This document shows positions 32,401 to 41,280 of a stretch of DNA of 64,000 nt, in pieces (positions within the stretch are counted from its first letter, which is position 1; each line of letters begins with the position of its first letter). The notes below the pieces were generated by a model. The model saw only the letters and a list, made by a program, of their open reading frames with translations, was not told where the DNA came from and ran no database searches. The stretch covers positions 27,434 to 91,433 of the IMG/VR virus record IMGVR_UViG_3300030090_006322, one strand, 5' to 3'. Source of the DNA: a virus. The position numbers and the translations under genes are program-made.

Positions 32401-32909
32401 GCTTCAGCAGCCCCCAATCCAGATAGACGGGCTAAAGTTAAAGAGTCCCCCAATCTTTTTGTGACTTCTTCAGCCTTAAGACCTTGACGACTTAATTCTA
32501 ATGCTGCCTCTGCTACAGTTGAAAAACCTTGTTCTGTATCTCTAGCGACATTGAAAATTGTTTGCTTAAATGAATCTAATTGTTTAGCGGAGGTATTTAA
32601 TATAGAGTTTATGCTGGCGAGTTGTTTCTCTACTTCTATAGTAGTTCTTACTAAATCTTGAAATCCCCTCGTCACCGCTGACAAGACACCCACCGAAGCT
32701 CCGAACGCTAACACACGGGCATTAGCGGCTTCCATAGACTTTGTGAACTGGTCTGCCTTTCCAGTGATACGCCCCAAGGGTTGAGACAAGCCTTCGATAC
32801 TTTTGGCGCTAGTACCCAAATTTATCTTGAGACTTTTACCTGCGCGTTTGGCAGCAGCCTCAATGCTTGCTTCTAATCCTGTTTGTGTGACTGGTACTTG
32901 AATTGGCAT
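26436..32909 (-). CDS. tail tape measure protein
   Basis: 2157 aa, Ala/Gly/Leu-rich helical; TP901-like IGNSFKTIFTRI; C-terminal DxVPAxLxGGEFVM repeats. Confidence 0.92.
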   Translation of the reverse strand: MPIQVPVTQTGLEASIEAAAKRAGKSLKINLGTSAKSIEGLSQPLGRITGKADQFTKSMEAANARVLAFGASVGVLSAVTRGFQDLVRTTIEVEKQLASINSILNTSAKQLDSFKQTIFNVARDTEQGFSTVAEAALELSRQGLKAEEVTKRLGDSLTLARLSGLGAAEAVAGLTAAINSFNSTGITSAEVLNKLSAAAVSAAVSERDLIEGIKRSGSVAIQAGVSFDELVGVITAVQTKTARGGAVIGNSFKTIFTRIQSIDKLQTMQNLGVEITDLSGNVLSGTKLIENLAKALSDVPDARRLQIAENLVGKFQVAPFLAILDDYNSKTSKAIEVTAISQKATTEAYERNKALNQTLSAAINATVVSVQELANELGKIGVTDSLKNILNFFSGLVTNIQKVLEGEGIGGDFARGIVKGIGNVISGPGLAIFGAIIAKLTIDLVKFGTGSLKTFFGLNRAAKEQATLQGQIASTLLGNSTIQKQILAIENSQLSTEQKKAAQTKFFTTALNEQLAVMTRMQAISASIAPGVFAGTRGARRGGRAAGGFIPNYNAVLGYGSEQADINRGVGGAPKSARPVAIPNFNFGAGQKGTMVANTSEFMVPNFAGTGGSAIFNQDMVASMGLPSGAKKIGAAGGFIPNFAKQTVRNVDFAGMIVPQKGIGKSFAQATIGTNTYKFPVFGINAAGEKVREEKDIKESVKRFAIGLATREAKTMTGGRPTAGKISKLGNQGAVGSLAGTIFETALSALLKSKDFDFGETATFDFVGQNAIREIGDISPSLRSSPVRFLEAKIGSNSKTNLSMAKKIQRYFGATASGKTLTARGRTELLGAGGGKNLTVGSMGMTKQLTGMDAVRSRVGMNFGSRGASGYIPNFAGPLQEAIARETAAGLPINQVRINQDASLRNSANPMGLAVTNTRDEPTGAIPNFRKKSTTSDANDAFGGMVGKLLAVQIGFSALSGVLGEVTEKNKLVSGSLTALNLAVSAALAAQAFGGLGNIGRFAIGRGGVAARGAAMMSAGRGSRGFSMLAGVGKATSRRGIMGGAGLAARAAPSALMGGLKVAGGALLRFAGPVGLAATAGLAINSLFNKLNGTTDNLRKNEERLAEATKNATREFEELDLGGRKEREAFLETSENLGERARQRLLDRGFQGTKDKAQAQGLGDLVTQAYKAGATSAEVEKIIGTGEAQAGSFTRQTRMGQRTFDRVFSNEIADAMSQSLKNLANLDFSARQDQLQDFVKNTPGLRERLGSDDAAVRSEAEKQFTAEGKRLKVTTEGRAGTLQTIRKEIGAEQEEETKRINLINANIAKDALKSEIEIAKIKASALTTDQQKLKLAQSNKNLTGEQIAQLEGQIARSNNIKQGNIEVADVLVKQIDAVERLALNDDQRLELQDKIREAGVEGLSEQGKFFEILDGILSLEQKSVLETEAISKNVEGTVSNIKKEVAARNLVLGITTKIATEQARIAELVRNSQSDLGIDIRRSSFDASTQSRRDRNDLDLRRGLVSANARLTDRQKANREVGFIEEENILDIRDAEAEAVKSTSQEISNLVTVMPEFEGGIKAIVDLIQTGGFASLAGLDTVFFNELRAQGVKPTPEQADAIRSALQTRDEGQEGVKLAREEGETRVKLAKATRDNIDLFQTYSQLLAEFTLSLRQQAEQLKVDLVTARDGSSILSNINEQLFTAQARGGGAGGIAQASTAFAITGLQDQARLAGSSREARGFTRQIDIVREQLDLKRQFVELQKDEVVDVTRLQSLKERILELEKQRLQVNDSLRAKFEDEFIFSEKEIQDKLNDSLVQGARQFVDTLSDGLADAIAKGENLGDILKQAAADFFLDQAKSNFRAGFDNLFNIFKANTGGKVTGGSGVRDDVPALLTGGEFVMRRGAVDKYGAGFMSALNQGSVPTMNRGGLFTPGTFGQGAMRGKRSLLDFATQSFTTGAFDKFGSGAGFASIALEPQSAALTMFGRRNSPQYQREQESKRKAFNLYTRQVQKEQEARERSGGLTSLLTGSILAGIAGFGFKELTDVFSKKSATGGSIPYAAGVDTVPTMLSGGEFIMNAAATQRIGRGTLSSINSGGGGGNGSGAIIGKLDELISVSDNEGETVINITVNSDGTSNESGNGNEEEVNLATRIRDVVKQVIDDEKRLGGSLRQARA

Positions 32910-32942
32910 AACCGTAAACCTTTAATGTAATTACACAAAGAT

Positions 32943-33926
32943 TTACACATCATGCCCAGCTAATCGCATCATTTGTTCCATGTTTAGCTGACCTCCATGT
33001 TTTTTAGCCTCCTCTGATAAAGAAACTCCCCCCGCAGTTCCACCTAAATCTTCAACATCTTCATTAGTGGCACCAAAGACTGCTGAACCAGCAGCATCAT
33101 CCCTTATTTGTGACTTGCTAGAATCTTTATTTCTCTGCGCTTCAGAAAAAGATAACAACTTTTCAGGATCTTGCTTTATGTCCTCTGGTATATCCTCTGT
33201 AAATTGGAAAATGTTAAAAAACATTCTACCGAATAAAGCGACTCTTAATTGAAATATAGATAACTCTGGTATCGGTTTGTCGTAAAATCCTGATACATCT
33301 TCACAAAGAGATAAATACATGCTAAAAAAAGGTCTCAATACAGCTTTTTGTATATTAGAATCTGATAATTTATCTTGAATATCTTTTTGAATCTTTCCCA
33401 AAGCTATGACTTGCCACGCTTCTAATTCTCCGAACTCCTCTTCAGAATACAAATGCTCTGTTAGATCTTTATTTTTAAACAATAAAAATCTTAATATTTC
33501 ATCTCCACTTCTAGTTTCCGCATAATCGTCTGCGGTTTGTCCTATAACTTCTTTTCTTTTTTGTTGTAAAGAAAATAATTTTTCTCTACTCTCTTGTATT
33601 TGTTTGTCGATATCGTCTTTTTGGGATTTTAAAAATAAAGCCCTACGAGTTCTTTTAAGATTTTCTATCTCTGAAGTTAAAGAGCTTATTTCTAAATCGT
33701 CTTTTGATTCCCAAATACCTTCTTCTATCACATATTTTAGTTTTTCCTCTTCAGATTGGAGACCTTTAGATAGTGCTATGTTTTTGTATTTTTCATGGTA
33801 TTTATGTAAATACCTTTGATCTTTTATATTTATGTGTTTGATGTATACAGTACGATCTTCGAAAATGGCTTCTGTATAACCATCGAAAGCTTCGCCTATT
33901 AAAGAGATGTAAAACTGCTCATTCAA
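32943..33926 (-). CDS. putative tail assembly chaperone
   Basis: Acidic coiled-coil ORF immediately upstream of tape measure. Confidence 0.5.
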   Translation of the reverse strand: MNEQFYISLIGEAFDGYTEAIFEDRTVYIKHINIKDQRYLHKYHEKYKNIALSKGLQSEEEKLKYVIEEGIWESKDDLEISSLTSEIENLKRTRRALFLKSQKDDIDKQIQESREKLFSLQQKRKEVIGQTADDYAETRSGDEILRFLLFKNKDLTEHLYSEEEFGELEAWQVIALGKIQKDIQDKLSDSNIQKAVLRPFFSMYLSLCEDVSGFYDKPIPELSIFQLRVALFGRMFFNIFQFTEDIPEDIKQDPEKLLSFSEAQRNKDSSKSQIRDDAAGSAVFGATNEDVEDLGGTAGGVSLSEEAKKHGGQLNMEQMMRLAGHDV

Positions 33927-34678
33927 ACCTCACCTTTTTCGACATCCTCAATAAGTTTATTGAATTCATCTGGGGAAGAGGCTTGGTTAAAGAACCAAAA
34001 AGCTAAAATTGTAGTTACTTTTTTAACTATCGCTTCATAAAGATCAGTAGTGTTATCCTCTTTATTGTAGTAATCTTCAATTTTTTCATCAAAATCATTT
34101 CCAATAAAGTAAGGAATTGGCTCTTCATCCTCCTCCCTTTGAATATGAGTCAGCATCAAAGTATACCAAAGAAGAAGTCTATTTTGAGCCTTTGTATCAG
34201 CAGTATGATCGAATAAAGACTGCATTGCCGATTCAGCATCTACAATTTGCCTTTTGGTAGAAGCCAGCTTTTCCTTAATAGACTCAAGTTTTTCTTTTTG
34301 TTTTTCAGTTTTTTTATCAACACTTTCTAGGCGAACATACTCATTCTGAATATCAAAAATTTCTTTATAAAGCTTACCATAATCTTTTGCATCATTTTCG
34401 GTCCAAACTCCACCAGTATCGCTATATTTTTTGTATAACATGGCTTTGGTTAAGATACCCTTTTTAACACACCTGCTCATTTCGACAGAATATTCTAACT
34501 CCGCATCTTCAAGATCTCGCCGCGAAGGTCTTTTTAGCTTAATCTGCACAGGTGATTTTTCTTTTACTTTTTTAGTAACAGTAGTCTCTTCTCCTGTTTT
34601 TTTGTTTTTGCGAGTTGTTTTCTTTTCCACCTCTCTCTCTTCATCAAGGGTGAATGAATATAATTCTTTAAATGACAT
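33923..34678 (-). CDS. putative tail assembly chaperone
   Basis: Acidic coiled-coil ORF; position upstream of tape measure. Confidence 0.45.
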   Translation of the reverse strand: MSFKELYSFTLDEEREVEKKTTRKNKKTGEETTVTKKVKEKSPVQIKLKRPSRRDLEDAELEYSVEMSRCVKKGILTKAMLYKKYSDTGGVWTENDAKDYGKLYKEIFDIQNEYVRLESVDKKTEKQKEKLESIKEKLASTKRQIVDAESAMQSLFDHTADTKAQNRLLLWYTLMLTHIQREEDEEPIPYFIGNDFDEKIEDYYNKEDNTTDLYEAIVKKVTTILAFWFFNQASSPDEFNKLIEDVEKGEV

Positions 34679-34689
34679 AACCTTTTTCC

Positions 34690-34977
34690 TTATTTAAATA
34701 CAAAACTTACTGTATAATTATCTACTTCTTCGCATAAATTTCTAATAGATTCATTACCAGCGTCTAAAATTCTTTTTCTTATCCAATTAACTTTATCAGG
34801 AGTGAAGTGATCAGCGGTGTCGATAATAGCATGATAATCCTCTGGGATGTTTTTATAAAGCTTTTGATAATGAAAATCATGGTCCATTTTCATATCCTCT
34901 AGCATTTTAAGCATTGCTTTAAAAAGTCTAGACACCTCTTTTTCAGAGCGACTATTTAAATATTTTTTCGCGTCCAT
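34690..34977 (-). CDS. hypothetical protein
   Basis: 95-aa ORF heading the minus-strand tail operon. Confidence 0.7.
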   Translation of the reverse strand: MDAKKYLNSRSEKEVSRLFKAMLKMLEDMKMDHDFHYQKLYKNIPEDYHAIIDTADHFTPDKVNWIRKRILDAGNESIRNLCEEVDNYTVSFVFK

Positions 34978-35022
34978 GCCTTAATCCTATCTTATTATAT
35001 AAATAAAAGTGTAAAAATCAAC

Positions 35023-35490
35023 ATGGCAGGATTTTTATCACAAGACCAAATAACAAAAATTAGGAATTTAGCTGGGACTCTACATAATACTTTTGCTAGA
35101 ACTATTACTGTATACAAAAACTCAAAGAAAACACTAATAGCTTCTAATAATACTTGGAACTCTCTTTATAGAAAAACCAATACTGGTTCTAATAGCTCTG
35201 TTGAATACACTACAGAATCTCAAACATTTAGCGCTAGAATCTATTATGACAATATGGACACAGCCTATTTAACAGATGATGGGCCAGCAGACCAAGCTGG
35301 CACTCAAAATAAAGTAGTTGTGGCAGATGGAACAGTTAGAATTGTAGTGGAGGAAGATGGCTACAATTACATAAGCGAAGCTAGAAGAGTGGAATTTGAT
35401 GGAACAAAATTTATTATTGAAAGTGATGGTCAACCTAGAGGCTTAACTTCTAATCAATTCTATACATTTGTTCTTAGTCCCGTGGATTAA
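35023..35490 (+). CDS. putative head closure/neck protein
   Basis: Size, beta-rich composition, position in head-tail joining block. Confidence 0.45.
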   Translation: MAGFLSQDQITKIRNLAGTLHNTFARTITVYKNSKKTLIASNNTWNSLYRKTNTGSNSSVEYTTESQTFSARIYYDNMDTAYLTDDGPADQAGTQNKVVVADGTVRIVVEEDGYNYISEARRVEFDGTKFIIESDGQPRGLTSNQFYTFVLSPVD

Positions 35491-35491
35491 T

Positions 35492-36076
35492 ATGCCCAAA
35501 TTACCGCTAGATGTGCAACAAGCCTTGCAAAGACAAGCCCCAAAACAGCTTAGAAGGGGCTTCGAAAAAGATATTAAAAATAAATTTAAAAACATAAAAG
35601 ATGAATTAATAAAAGAATTTTTATCTGATCCAGTAACTATAGAAATACTGCAAGGTCCAAGCGGCTCTAATATAAGCGGAACATTAGGGGGCGTAAGTAA
35701 TCTTTTCGCATTTATAGGTTTTGATTCTGGAGATCAGCCCATATCTCCGATCTTGCAATCTCTAGAAAACATACAACTTACTTACAGTAAAGAGATTAGA
35801 AAACGAGGTATAGGTGTTGAATTTAATGTATCTATACCTACAGCTCAAGACATATTCGCGATTACGCCTTTGCCTTGGGCCACGGGAAGGAGCTGGGCAG
35901 AAGGAATTGAACGAGGATTGTCAGGATTAGGTTATTTATTGCGTAAAGATGGAGGAAGATCAGGCGCAGCAGTCCAAAGTCGTGTAAACAAAGTAAGAGG
36001 CGGCAGGTTTCAAAATAGACCTTATATTTCTGCTTTAATTAAAAAATACAGAAAAAGATTTGAAGAGTTAAAATGA
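35492..36076 (+). CDS. putative neck/tail-completion protein
   Basis: Basic C-terminus RFQNRPYISALI; position. Confidence 0.45.
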   Translation: MPKLPLDVQQALQRQAPKQLRRGFEKDIKNKFKNIKDELIKEFLSDPVTIEILQGPSGSNISGTLGGVSNLFAFIGFDSGDQPISPILQSLENIQLTYSKEIRKRGIGVEFNVSIPTAQDIFAITPLPWATGRSWAEGIERGLSGLGYLLRKDGGRSGAAVQSRVNKVRGGRFQNRPYISALIKKYRKRFEELK

Positions 36077-36924
36077 TAGAACAATTCCAACACAAGTTAA
36101 CCACATCTTTCTTTTTGTGGTTTGACAATTTCCTTTTAACCAAAGGACAAGCCTTTAGTAATAAAACTGGACAGTTTTTTTATTATGAAGATCCAAGGCT
36201 AGACTCTAGGTATTTAGCTTATGGCAGTCCATATAAACAGTGGGTGACAGATTCGTCAATTGCTGGCGCGACAATACCCACAGGTGTTTCAGTTGTAGGA
36301 GCTGGGACTTCTGGAAGAGATGATGGAGTTGTTTTTGATTTTGATAATGGCAGAGCTTTATTCTCTGGAGACAACACTAACATGACTGTAACTGGTGAAT
36401 TCGCAGTTAAAGACTTCAATGTATACTTAACAAACGATACAGAAGACGACCTAATAGTAGAAAACAAATATGTTGTTAATTCAAGGTTGCCCTCTGGCCC
36501 TTTTACTTACATTCAACCTTATGACGATGTTGTTCCCGCCATATTTTTATCTGTTTCTCAAGCTGAAAATGACCCTTTCGCTCTAGGTGGGATGCAAACA
36601 ACAAAAAGTCAGGCAAAAGCTGTAATTTTAGCAGAGGACACTTATCAATTAGACGGTGTTTTGTCTATTTTTATGGACTCTGTAGACGAGGTTATATCAG
36701 CAATACCAATGTCTGGTTATCCAATTGATGAGTTGGGAGACCTCAAAGATAATGAGTTTAATTATTCAACAACTTCCGAAAGTTATAACGCAGAAACAAA
36801 ATTCTGTGTAGAAAAAGTAAGGACATCTAAATTAAGCGATAGAACAAGAAATGTCCTAGCAAATGAACTTTATGTAGGATTCATAGATTTTGACATAGAA
36901 CAACAGAGATATCGCTTCCAATAA
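36073..36924 (+). CDS. putative tail terminator-like virion protein
   Basis: VPAIFL..GG motif; directly before the tube-like gene. Confidence 0.4.
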   Translation: MIEQFQHKLTTSFFLWFDNFLLTKGQAFSNKTGQFFYYEDPRLDSRYLAYGSPYKQWVTDSSIAGATIPTGVSVVGAGTSGRDDGVVFDFDNGRALFSGDNTNMTVTGEFAVKDFNVYLTNDTEDDLIVENKYVVNSRLPSGPFTYIQPYDDVVPAIFLSVSQAENDPFALGGMQTTKSQAKAVILAEDTYQLDGVLSIFMDSVDEVISAIPMSGYPIDELGDLKDNEFNYSTTSESYNAETKFCVEKVRTSKLSDRTRNVLANELYVGFIDFDIEQQRYRFQ

Positions 36925-36972
36925 TTTCACATTTTAACAATAAAACTGTAAACAACAGAAAGAATCTTTATT

Positions 36973-38169
36973 ATGGCCAGTAGAAACAGAGTAATTTATC
37001 AATCAGAAGGTTTATTCGTCAGCGAAAACGCCTCATCAACAGGTATAACAAAGCATGAACAACTTAATCGTGTTCAAAGCGCTAATTATAGCTTTACCAT
37101 TAATAGGCAAGACATTAACCAGTTCGGAGACTTGGCAAGGATTGACTCCTTGGTGTTAGATCCCCCTACTGTTAGTCTCGATTTTAGCTATTATCTTGCA
37201 GATGGATTTAATGAAAGAGCTATGGGTTTTTTCGTTACTAATTCAGGAAATAACAGAGGCACAGTCATATCTCCAGGAACTGTAAACTGTCCTGTAGGTA
37301 ATTTCGCTTCAGGTCACTTAACCGCTAACTCTGGTATTAACTTTTATATTGCCACTTCTCCAGATGGTGACGATCTAAACCAATCAATAACTGGACAACA
37401 ACTTGATGGTTCTGATACTGTTATCGGAGTTGGTAACTGCTATGTAAGTGATTATACAGTAGATTTTTCTGTAGGAGCTATTCCTACAGTGAGTGTGACA
37501 GTAGAGGGATCGAACATGAACTCCGCAGTGCCAACTAAAAAAGGCACTTATGGTGGTTATGAAATACCCTCTCCAGCAGTAGACCAAGAAGCTGGAACTA
37601 AAATTTATGGTGGAGCTTCCACCGTTCAACTCCCTAATCCCACCACAGATGGTGGTATTACTGGTATTCCTAGTGGAACCGCTACTGCGATCACAGCCTT
37701 GCGCCCAGGAGATGTAACTCTTAATTTAGATAATGTTTCTGGTGAATCTCTAATAAAACTTGGCACTGATGAAGGCGCTCATATTCAAAGTGCTTCCATT
37801 TCATTACCACTTTCTAGAAGTCCTATTGATAGACTTGGTAGTAGGTTCCCATTTGCAAGAGAAGTTGATTTCCCAGTAAATGCCACTCTAAATGTCAGCG
37901 CTATAGTTAATGACGCAGCCACCCAAAACTTGGCTGATATCCTTGATTCTGGAGTCCAAAATGTAAGTCTTCAAGTAAAAGATAAAAACGCAGAAACAGC
38001 CATCAAATATGATATAAAAGGAGTTAAGATTGACAGCCAATCATTCTCCTCAAGCATCGGAGCAAATAAGTCTGTTGATCTAACATTCTCTGCTCAAATA
38101 GGTGGTCCTAACGATGACGTTAATGGAGTGTTTATGAGTGGTGTAGGATTTAATCAAGTCTTTGTCTAA
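36973..38169 (+). CDS. major tail (tube) protein
   Basis: S/T/G-rich beta protein, LNRVQSANYSFTINRQDINQFG, two-domain duplication. Confidence 0.65.
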   Translation: MASRNRVIYQSEGLFVSENASSTGITKHEQLNRVQSANYSFTINRQDINQFGDLARIDSLVLDPPTVSLDFSYYLADGFNERAMGFFVTNSGNNRGTVISPGTVNCPVGNFASGHLTANSGINFYIATSPDGDDLNQSITGQQLDGSDTVIGVGNCYVSDYTVDFSVGAIPTVSVTVEGSNMNSAVPTKKGTYGGYEIPSPAVDQEAGTKIYGGASTVQLPNPTTDGGITGIPSGTATAITALRPGDVTLNLDNVSGESLIKLGTDEGAHIQSASISLPLSRSPIDRLGSRFPFAREVDFPVNATLNVSAIVNDAATQNLADILDSGVQNVSLQVKDKNAETAIKYDIKGVKIDSQSFSSSIGANKSVDLTFSAQIGGPNDDVNGVFMSGVGFNQVFV

Positions 38170-38171
38170 TA

Positions 38172-38372
38172 ATGAAGGACTCCTCTGACAATAAAGATTT
38201 AAAGGAAAAAAGCTTATCCTCCCCGAAAGGGGGGGAAAAAGCTTCTCCTAAAAAAGATAAATCCTTTAAATTAAACGATCCAAATACCCGCCCTAGAAGG
38301 CAGAATAGAATCCTTAATGACGGGAAAGATTGGTTCGATACTCATCCCGATTGGAGAGAAGATTGGGTTTAG
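38172..38372 (+). CDS. hypothetical protein (contains a GC hairpin at ~38217-38236)
   Basis: 66-aa ORF in a convergent gap; could be non-coding. Confidence 0.4.
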   Translation: MKDSSDNKDLKEKSLSSPKGGEKASPKKDKSFKLNDPNTRPRRQNRILNDGKDWFDTHPDWREDWV

Positions 38373-38854
38373 GTGTAAGTCACACCTATTCCGCTAGCGT
38401 CAATACCACCTAATTGTCTAGGTTGAGCTTGGTATATATTATACTGTGCAGCTAGTTGGGTTACTCTATTCATGCAATCAGTAGCTAGCCCTCTGTAGAC
38501 TTTGGAGACTTCATTGCGATTAACGAACGTAACGGCACTTTCTCCGTCTCGTAGAGATAATACGTTGTCTCCACTAGCAGTAGACGTTGTAATGCCTCTA
38601 AGGGCATTTCTCGCCTCTTTATTGTAGTAATTTGCTAGATAGAGTTCTTTTAGGACACTTTGAGCTTCTATGTCCATTGCTCCATAAGTGCCAGTAGCCC
38701 CCTCGCCCTCGAAATTTGTGTAAAGGTAAGTGTTTACTTGACCTAAATTTTCAAACAACCACCCACTGACGTTAGCAACTGTAGCGATTCCTGTGTCACC
38801 ATCAAATTCAGTGACAACAATTCCTGAAGCGAGATCTTCTAATACGTTCGGCAT
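38369..38854 (-). CDS. putative head-tail adaptor
   Basis: Helical 161 aa downstream of capsid; LSLRDGESAVTF. Confidence 0.5.
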   Translation of the reverse strand: MPNVLEDLASGIVVTEFDGDTGIATVANVSGWLFENLGQVNTYLYTNFEGEGATGTYGAMDIEAQSVLKELYLANYYNKEARNALRGITTSTASGDNVLSLRDGESAVTFVNRNEVSKVYRGLATDCMNRVTQLAAQYNIYQAQPRQLGGIDASGIGVTYT

Positions 38855-38882
38855 ATAGTGTATTACACCATATTTTAGTATT

Positions 38883-39332
38883 TTAACTCTCTAACCAATC
38901 AAGAAGTTCCTTATGTTTGGGATTATTTGGGTCCAACTCAACGGCTGGAGTGGGTAGTGGTGCAGAAGCCATATTACCTCTGCTCTGATATCTATTAAAT
39001 TCTTTAATAATATTATCTTTTACCGCTCCTTTATCGTAGTAAGGATTGATCCCAACTTTTCTAGCAAAAGCTTGTAGGTCTGCCTTGCTCATCTTATTTA
39101 GTTTATCTTTAAGTATATCGATATCATTTGTGCCAAAGGAGTTTGTTTCTCCTGCCCCGAAAATAACTTCTACTTCTTGCACAAGCTCTTTATAACGAGC
39201 GGTGCTTGTTTCTCCATTATCTCTAAGCTCCTCCAGCTCTTCTAAAAGCCCTTTTTTAGCTGGCTGTTCTTGCCCCGTGGTGACTTCTTTAAATGGAGCT
39301 TCCTTCTTTTTAACTGTTTTCTTTTTGGCCAT
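38883..39332 (-). CDS. hypothetical protein with Rho-N/HeH-like motif
   Basis: LNKMSKADLQAFARKVGI. Confidence 0.55.
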   Translation of the reverse strand: MAKKKTVKKKEAPFKEVTTGQEQPAKKGLLEELEELRDNGETSTARYKELVQEVEVIFGAGETNSFGTNDIDILKDKLNKMSKADLQAFARKVGINPYYDKGAVKDNIIKEFNRYQSRGNMASAPLPTPAVELDPNNPKHKELLDWLES

Positions 39333-39364
39333 ATAATATTATATACACTTAATTAATAAATTAC

Positions 39365-39396
39365 AAAAAAAAAGCCGCCCCCGAAAGGACGGCTTC
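39365..39396 (-). terminator. rho-independent terminator after the capsid gene
   Basis: GCCGUCCU-UUCG-GGGGCGGC followed by U9 on the minus strand. Confidence 0.85.
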
Positions 39397-39415
39397 TTTT
39401 ATATGTGGAAGGTTT

Positions 39416-40573
39416 TTACTGACCTTTGATAAGTCCGAGAAGGACACGGTTGTCAAGAACAACACGACCCTCTTCGATCTGACCGTAATAACCAATCTTG
39501 TTCTGACGAACGCTGTACTGGTCATCTGCGATCAAGTTCATCTCGCTGTTGCTATCTGGATCAGTAGCAATAACGCGCATGAGTGAATCGCGAGTACGAT
39601 CAACACCAACAATGATTTCATCAGAAGCGCCAGCAAATGCTGCGTTTCTAGCTCCACCGAAGGTCTTATAAGTAGCAGACCCAGCAGCAGTATCAAAGAT
39701 AGTGTTAAACTTCTGACCTTTACCCATCTCGTTGAATTCCAAGATGTTAACGCCCATGAAGCTATCAAGACCTGCGTTCTGATAAAGCTCACTACGTAAC
39801 TGCTCTGGAGCAGCAAGACCGTTGGAGTTTTCAGCCGCAGCAGCCTCTCCAAGCGCAGCAGTAGTGTTCACAGGGTTGTAAGCCATCGCACGGATGCTTC
39901 CAACAACCTCTGGAGAACAAACGATATCAGTAATACCACGGGTACGAGTGGTGGGAGTTCCACCAATCCAAGAAGTATTAATACGCTTGGCAAGAGTCAT
40001 AAGCTTATTGAAGTCATCAAGAAGAACGGTGTCTGCGACAGCAGTTCTAAAGATTTGCTTATCCTCAAACAAAGGAGAAGTTTTAATTGAAGCGCCAGCA
40101 AGAGAAGTCATAAGAAGAGTAGCAGAAGTGCGCTCTTGCTTAAGAAGAATTTCTTGTGCAACGCGAGTAAATGTTTTTCCGACAACATCCATACGACTCT
40201 TTGCTGCGTAGCGGCGATCAAAGTCAACGGCGGCATCAAGAGTGTAAGTAGCTAACTTAAGCTCGGAAGCTGTAGGAAGCACTTGGTTACTTGGAAGACC
40301 ACCTGCGTGACTCTGACTCCAAACCCTGACGTAATCTTCGTCAGCGATATCGTAGTAAAGGTCAAGCGGGATGCTTGGGTTGTCATCCGCATCAAATTGA
40401 AGCGAATTGAAAAGATTGCTTACAGTAGGAGCTTGGTTGAGAACCTCGGCCAAAACTGGTCCGATGAATTCAGCAAGCGCTACTTGAGCCTCGTATGCCA
40501 CACTGCGGTTACGAGAAGCCATAGCTTTTACAAGCTCGACTTGTTCTGGAGTTCTTTTTAAAGTAATTTTCAT
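39416..40573 (-). CDS. major capsid protein
   Basis: 385 aa; order portal-protease/scaffold-decoration-capsid-terminator; biased codon usage. Confidence 0.8.
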   Translation of the reverse strand: MKITLKRTPEQVELVKAMASRNRSVAYEAQVALAEFIGPVLAEVLNQAPTVSNLFNSLQFDADDNPSIPLDLYYDIADEDYVRVWSQSHAGGLPSNQVLPTASELKLATYTLDAAVDFDRRYAAKSRMDVVGKTFTRVAQEILLKQERTSATLLMTSLAGASIKTSPLFEDKQIFRTAVADTVLLDDFNKLMTLAKRINTSWIGGTPTTRTRGITDIVCSPEVVGSIRAMAYNPVNTTAALGEAAAAENSNGLAAPEQLRSELYQNAGLDSFMGVNILEFNEMGKGQKFNTIFDTAAGSATYKTFGGARNAAFAGASDEIIVGVDRTRDSLMRVIATDPDSNSEMNLIADDQYSVRQNKIGYYGQIEEGRVVLDNRVLLGLIKGQ

Positions 40574-40594
40574 GTTATAAAGCCTTTCTAATTA

Positions 40595-41263
40595 TTAGTT
40601 ACAATCAAACGATACAACGATGTAATCACCAGAGAACTGATCTGTGGTTGGGCCTACGTTTGCACGGTGACCTGTTCCAAGAACGTGTCCAAAGTTCCTA
40701 TCTTGCTCGGCTAACTCACCAGTGGTGATAGCGTTAATGTCAACATGAGCGAAACCAGTAACTTTTCCAGCGCCATCAGGAGAGATTTTAATCCTATTTC
40801 CTGGGGCGTAGCTAGTGATAGGCCCATCGAAAGCTGCTGTAGCTAAAGTAAAGATACCTTTAGTAGCAATAGGAACAGCTTGCCCTGGGAGCATTGCTTG
40901 GAGTTCTTCTTGCTTCTGTGGGTTGTAAAGCAGCTTTTCGCCGTTTTCGTCGTTTTTAGCGGTTTGATAAAGAGTCATCCCAAGTGGGCGATCTCCTTCT
41001 ACTGCGCCTGTAACTTTGATATTAACTTCAGGATACATTTCTGTAGTCCCAAGGAATGGATAGTCGGTGTTACCCAAATAACTATTCGTTTGGTAAGTTA
41101 CAGGATCGTTATCGAAGTTTCCGTCTGCTACTTTCACAAATACCCCAGCATCGCCAAGGCCAGATCCAGTAGTGCTATCGAGAACATCACTATCAATGAT
41201 AGAATACATGTTCACGACATCGTGATCAGAATATTGTCTGAATGGTAGAATTCGTAATGCCAT
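40595..41263 (-). CDS. putative capsid decoration protein
   Basis: Between scaffold and capsid; PLGMTL, VPIATKGIF. Confidence 0.55.
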   Translation of the reverse strand: MALRILPFRQYSDHDVVNMYSIIDSDVLDSTTGSGLGDAGVFVKVADGNFDNDPVTYQTNSYLGNTDYPFLGTTEMYPEVNIKVTGAVEGDRPLGMTLYQTAKNDENGEKLLYNPQKQEELQAMLPGQAVPIATKGIFTLATAAFDGPITSYAPGNRIKISPDGAGKVTGFAHVDINAITTGELAEQDRNFGHVLGTGHRANVGPTTDQFSGDYIVVSFDCN

Positions 41264-41280
41264 AATTTTAGTTTGTTAAA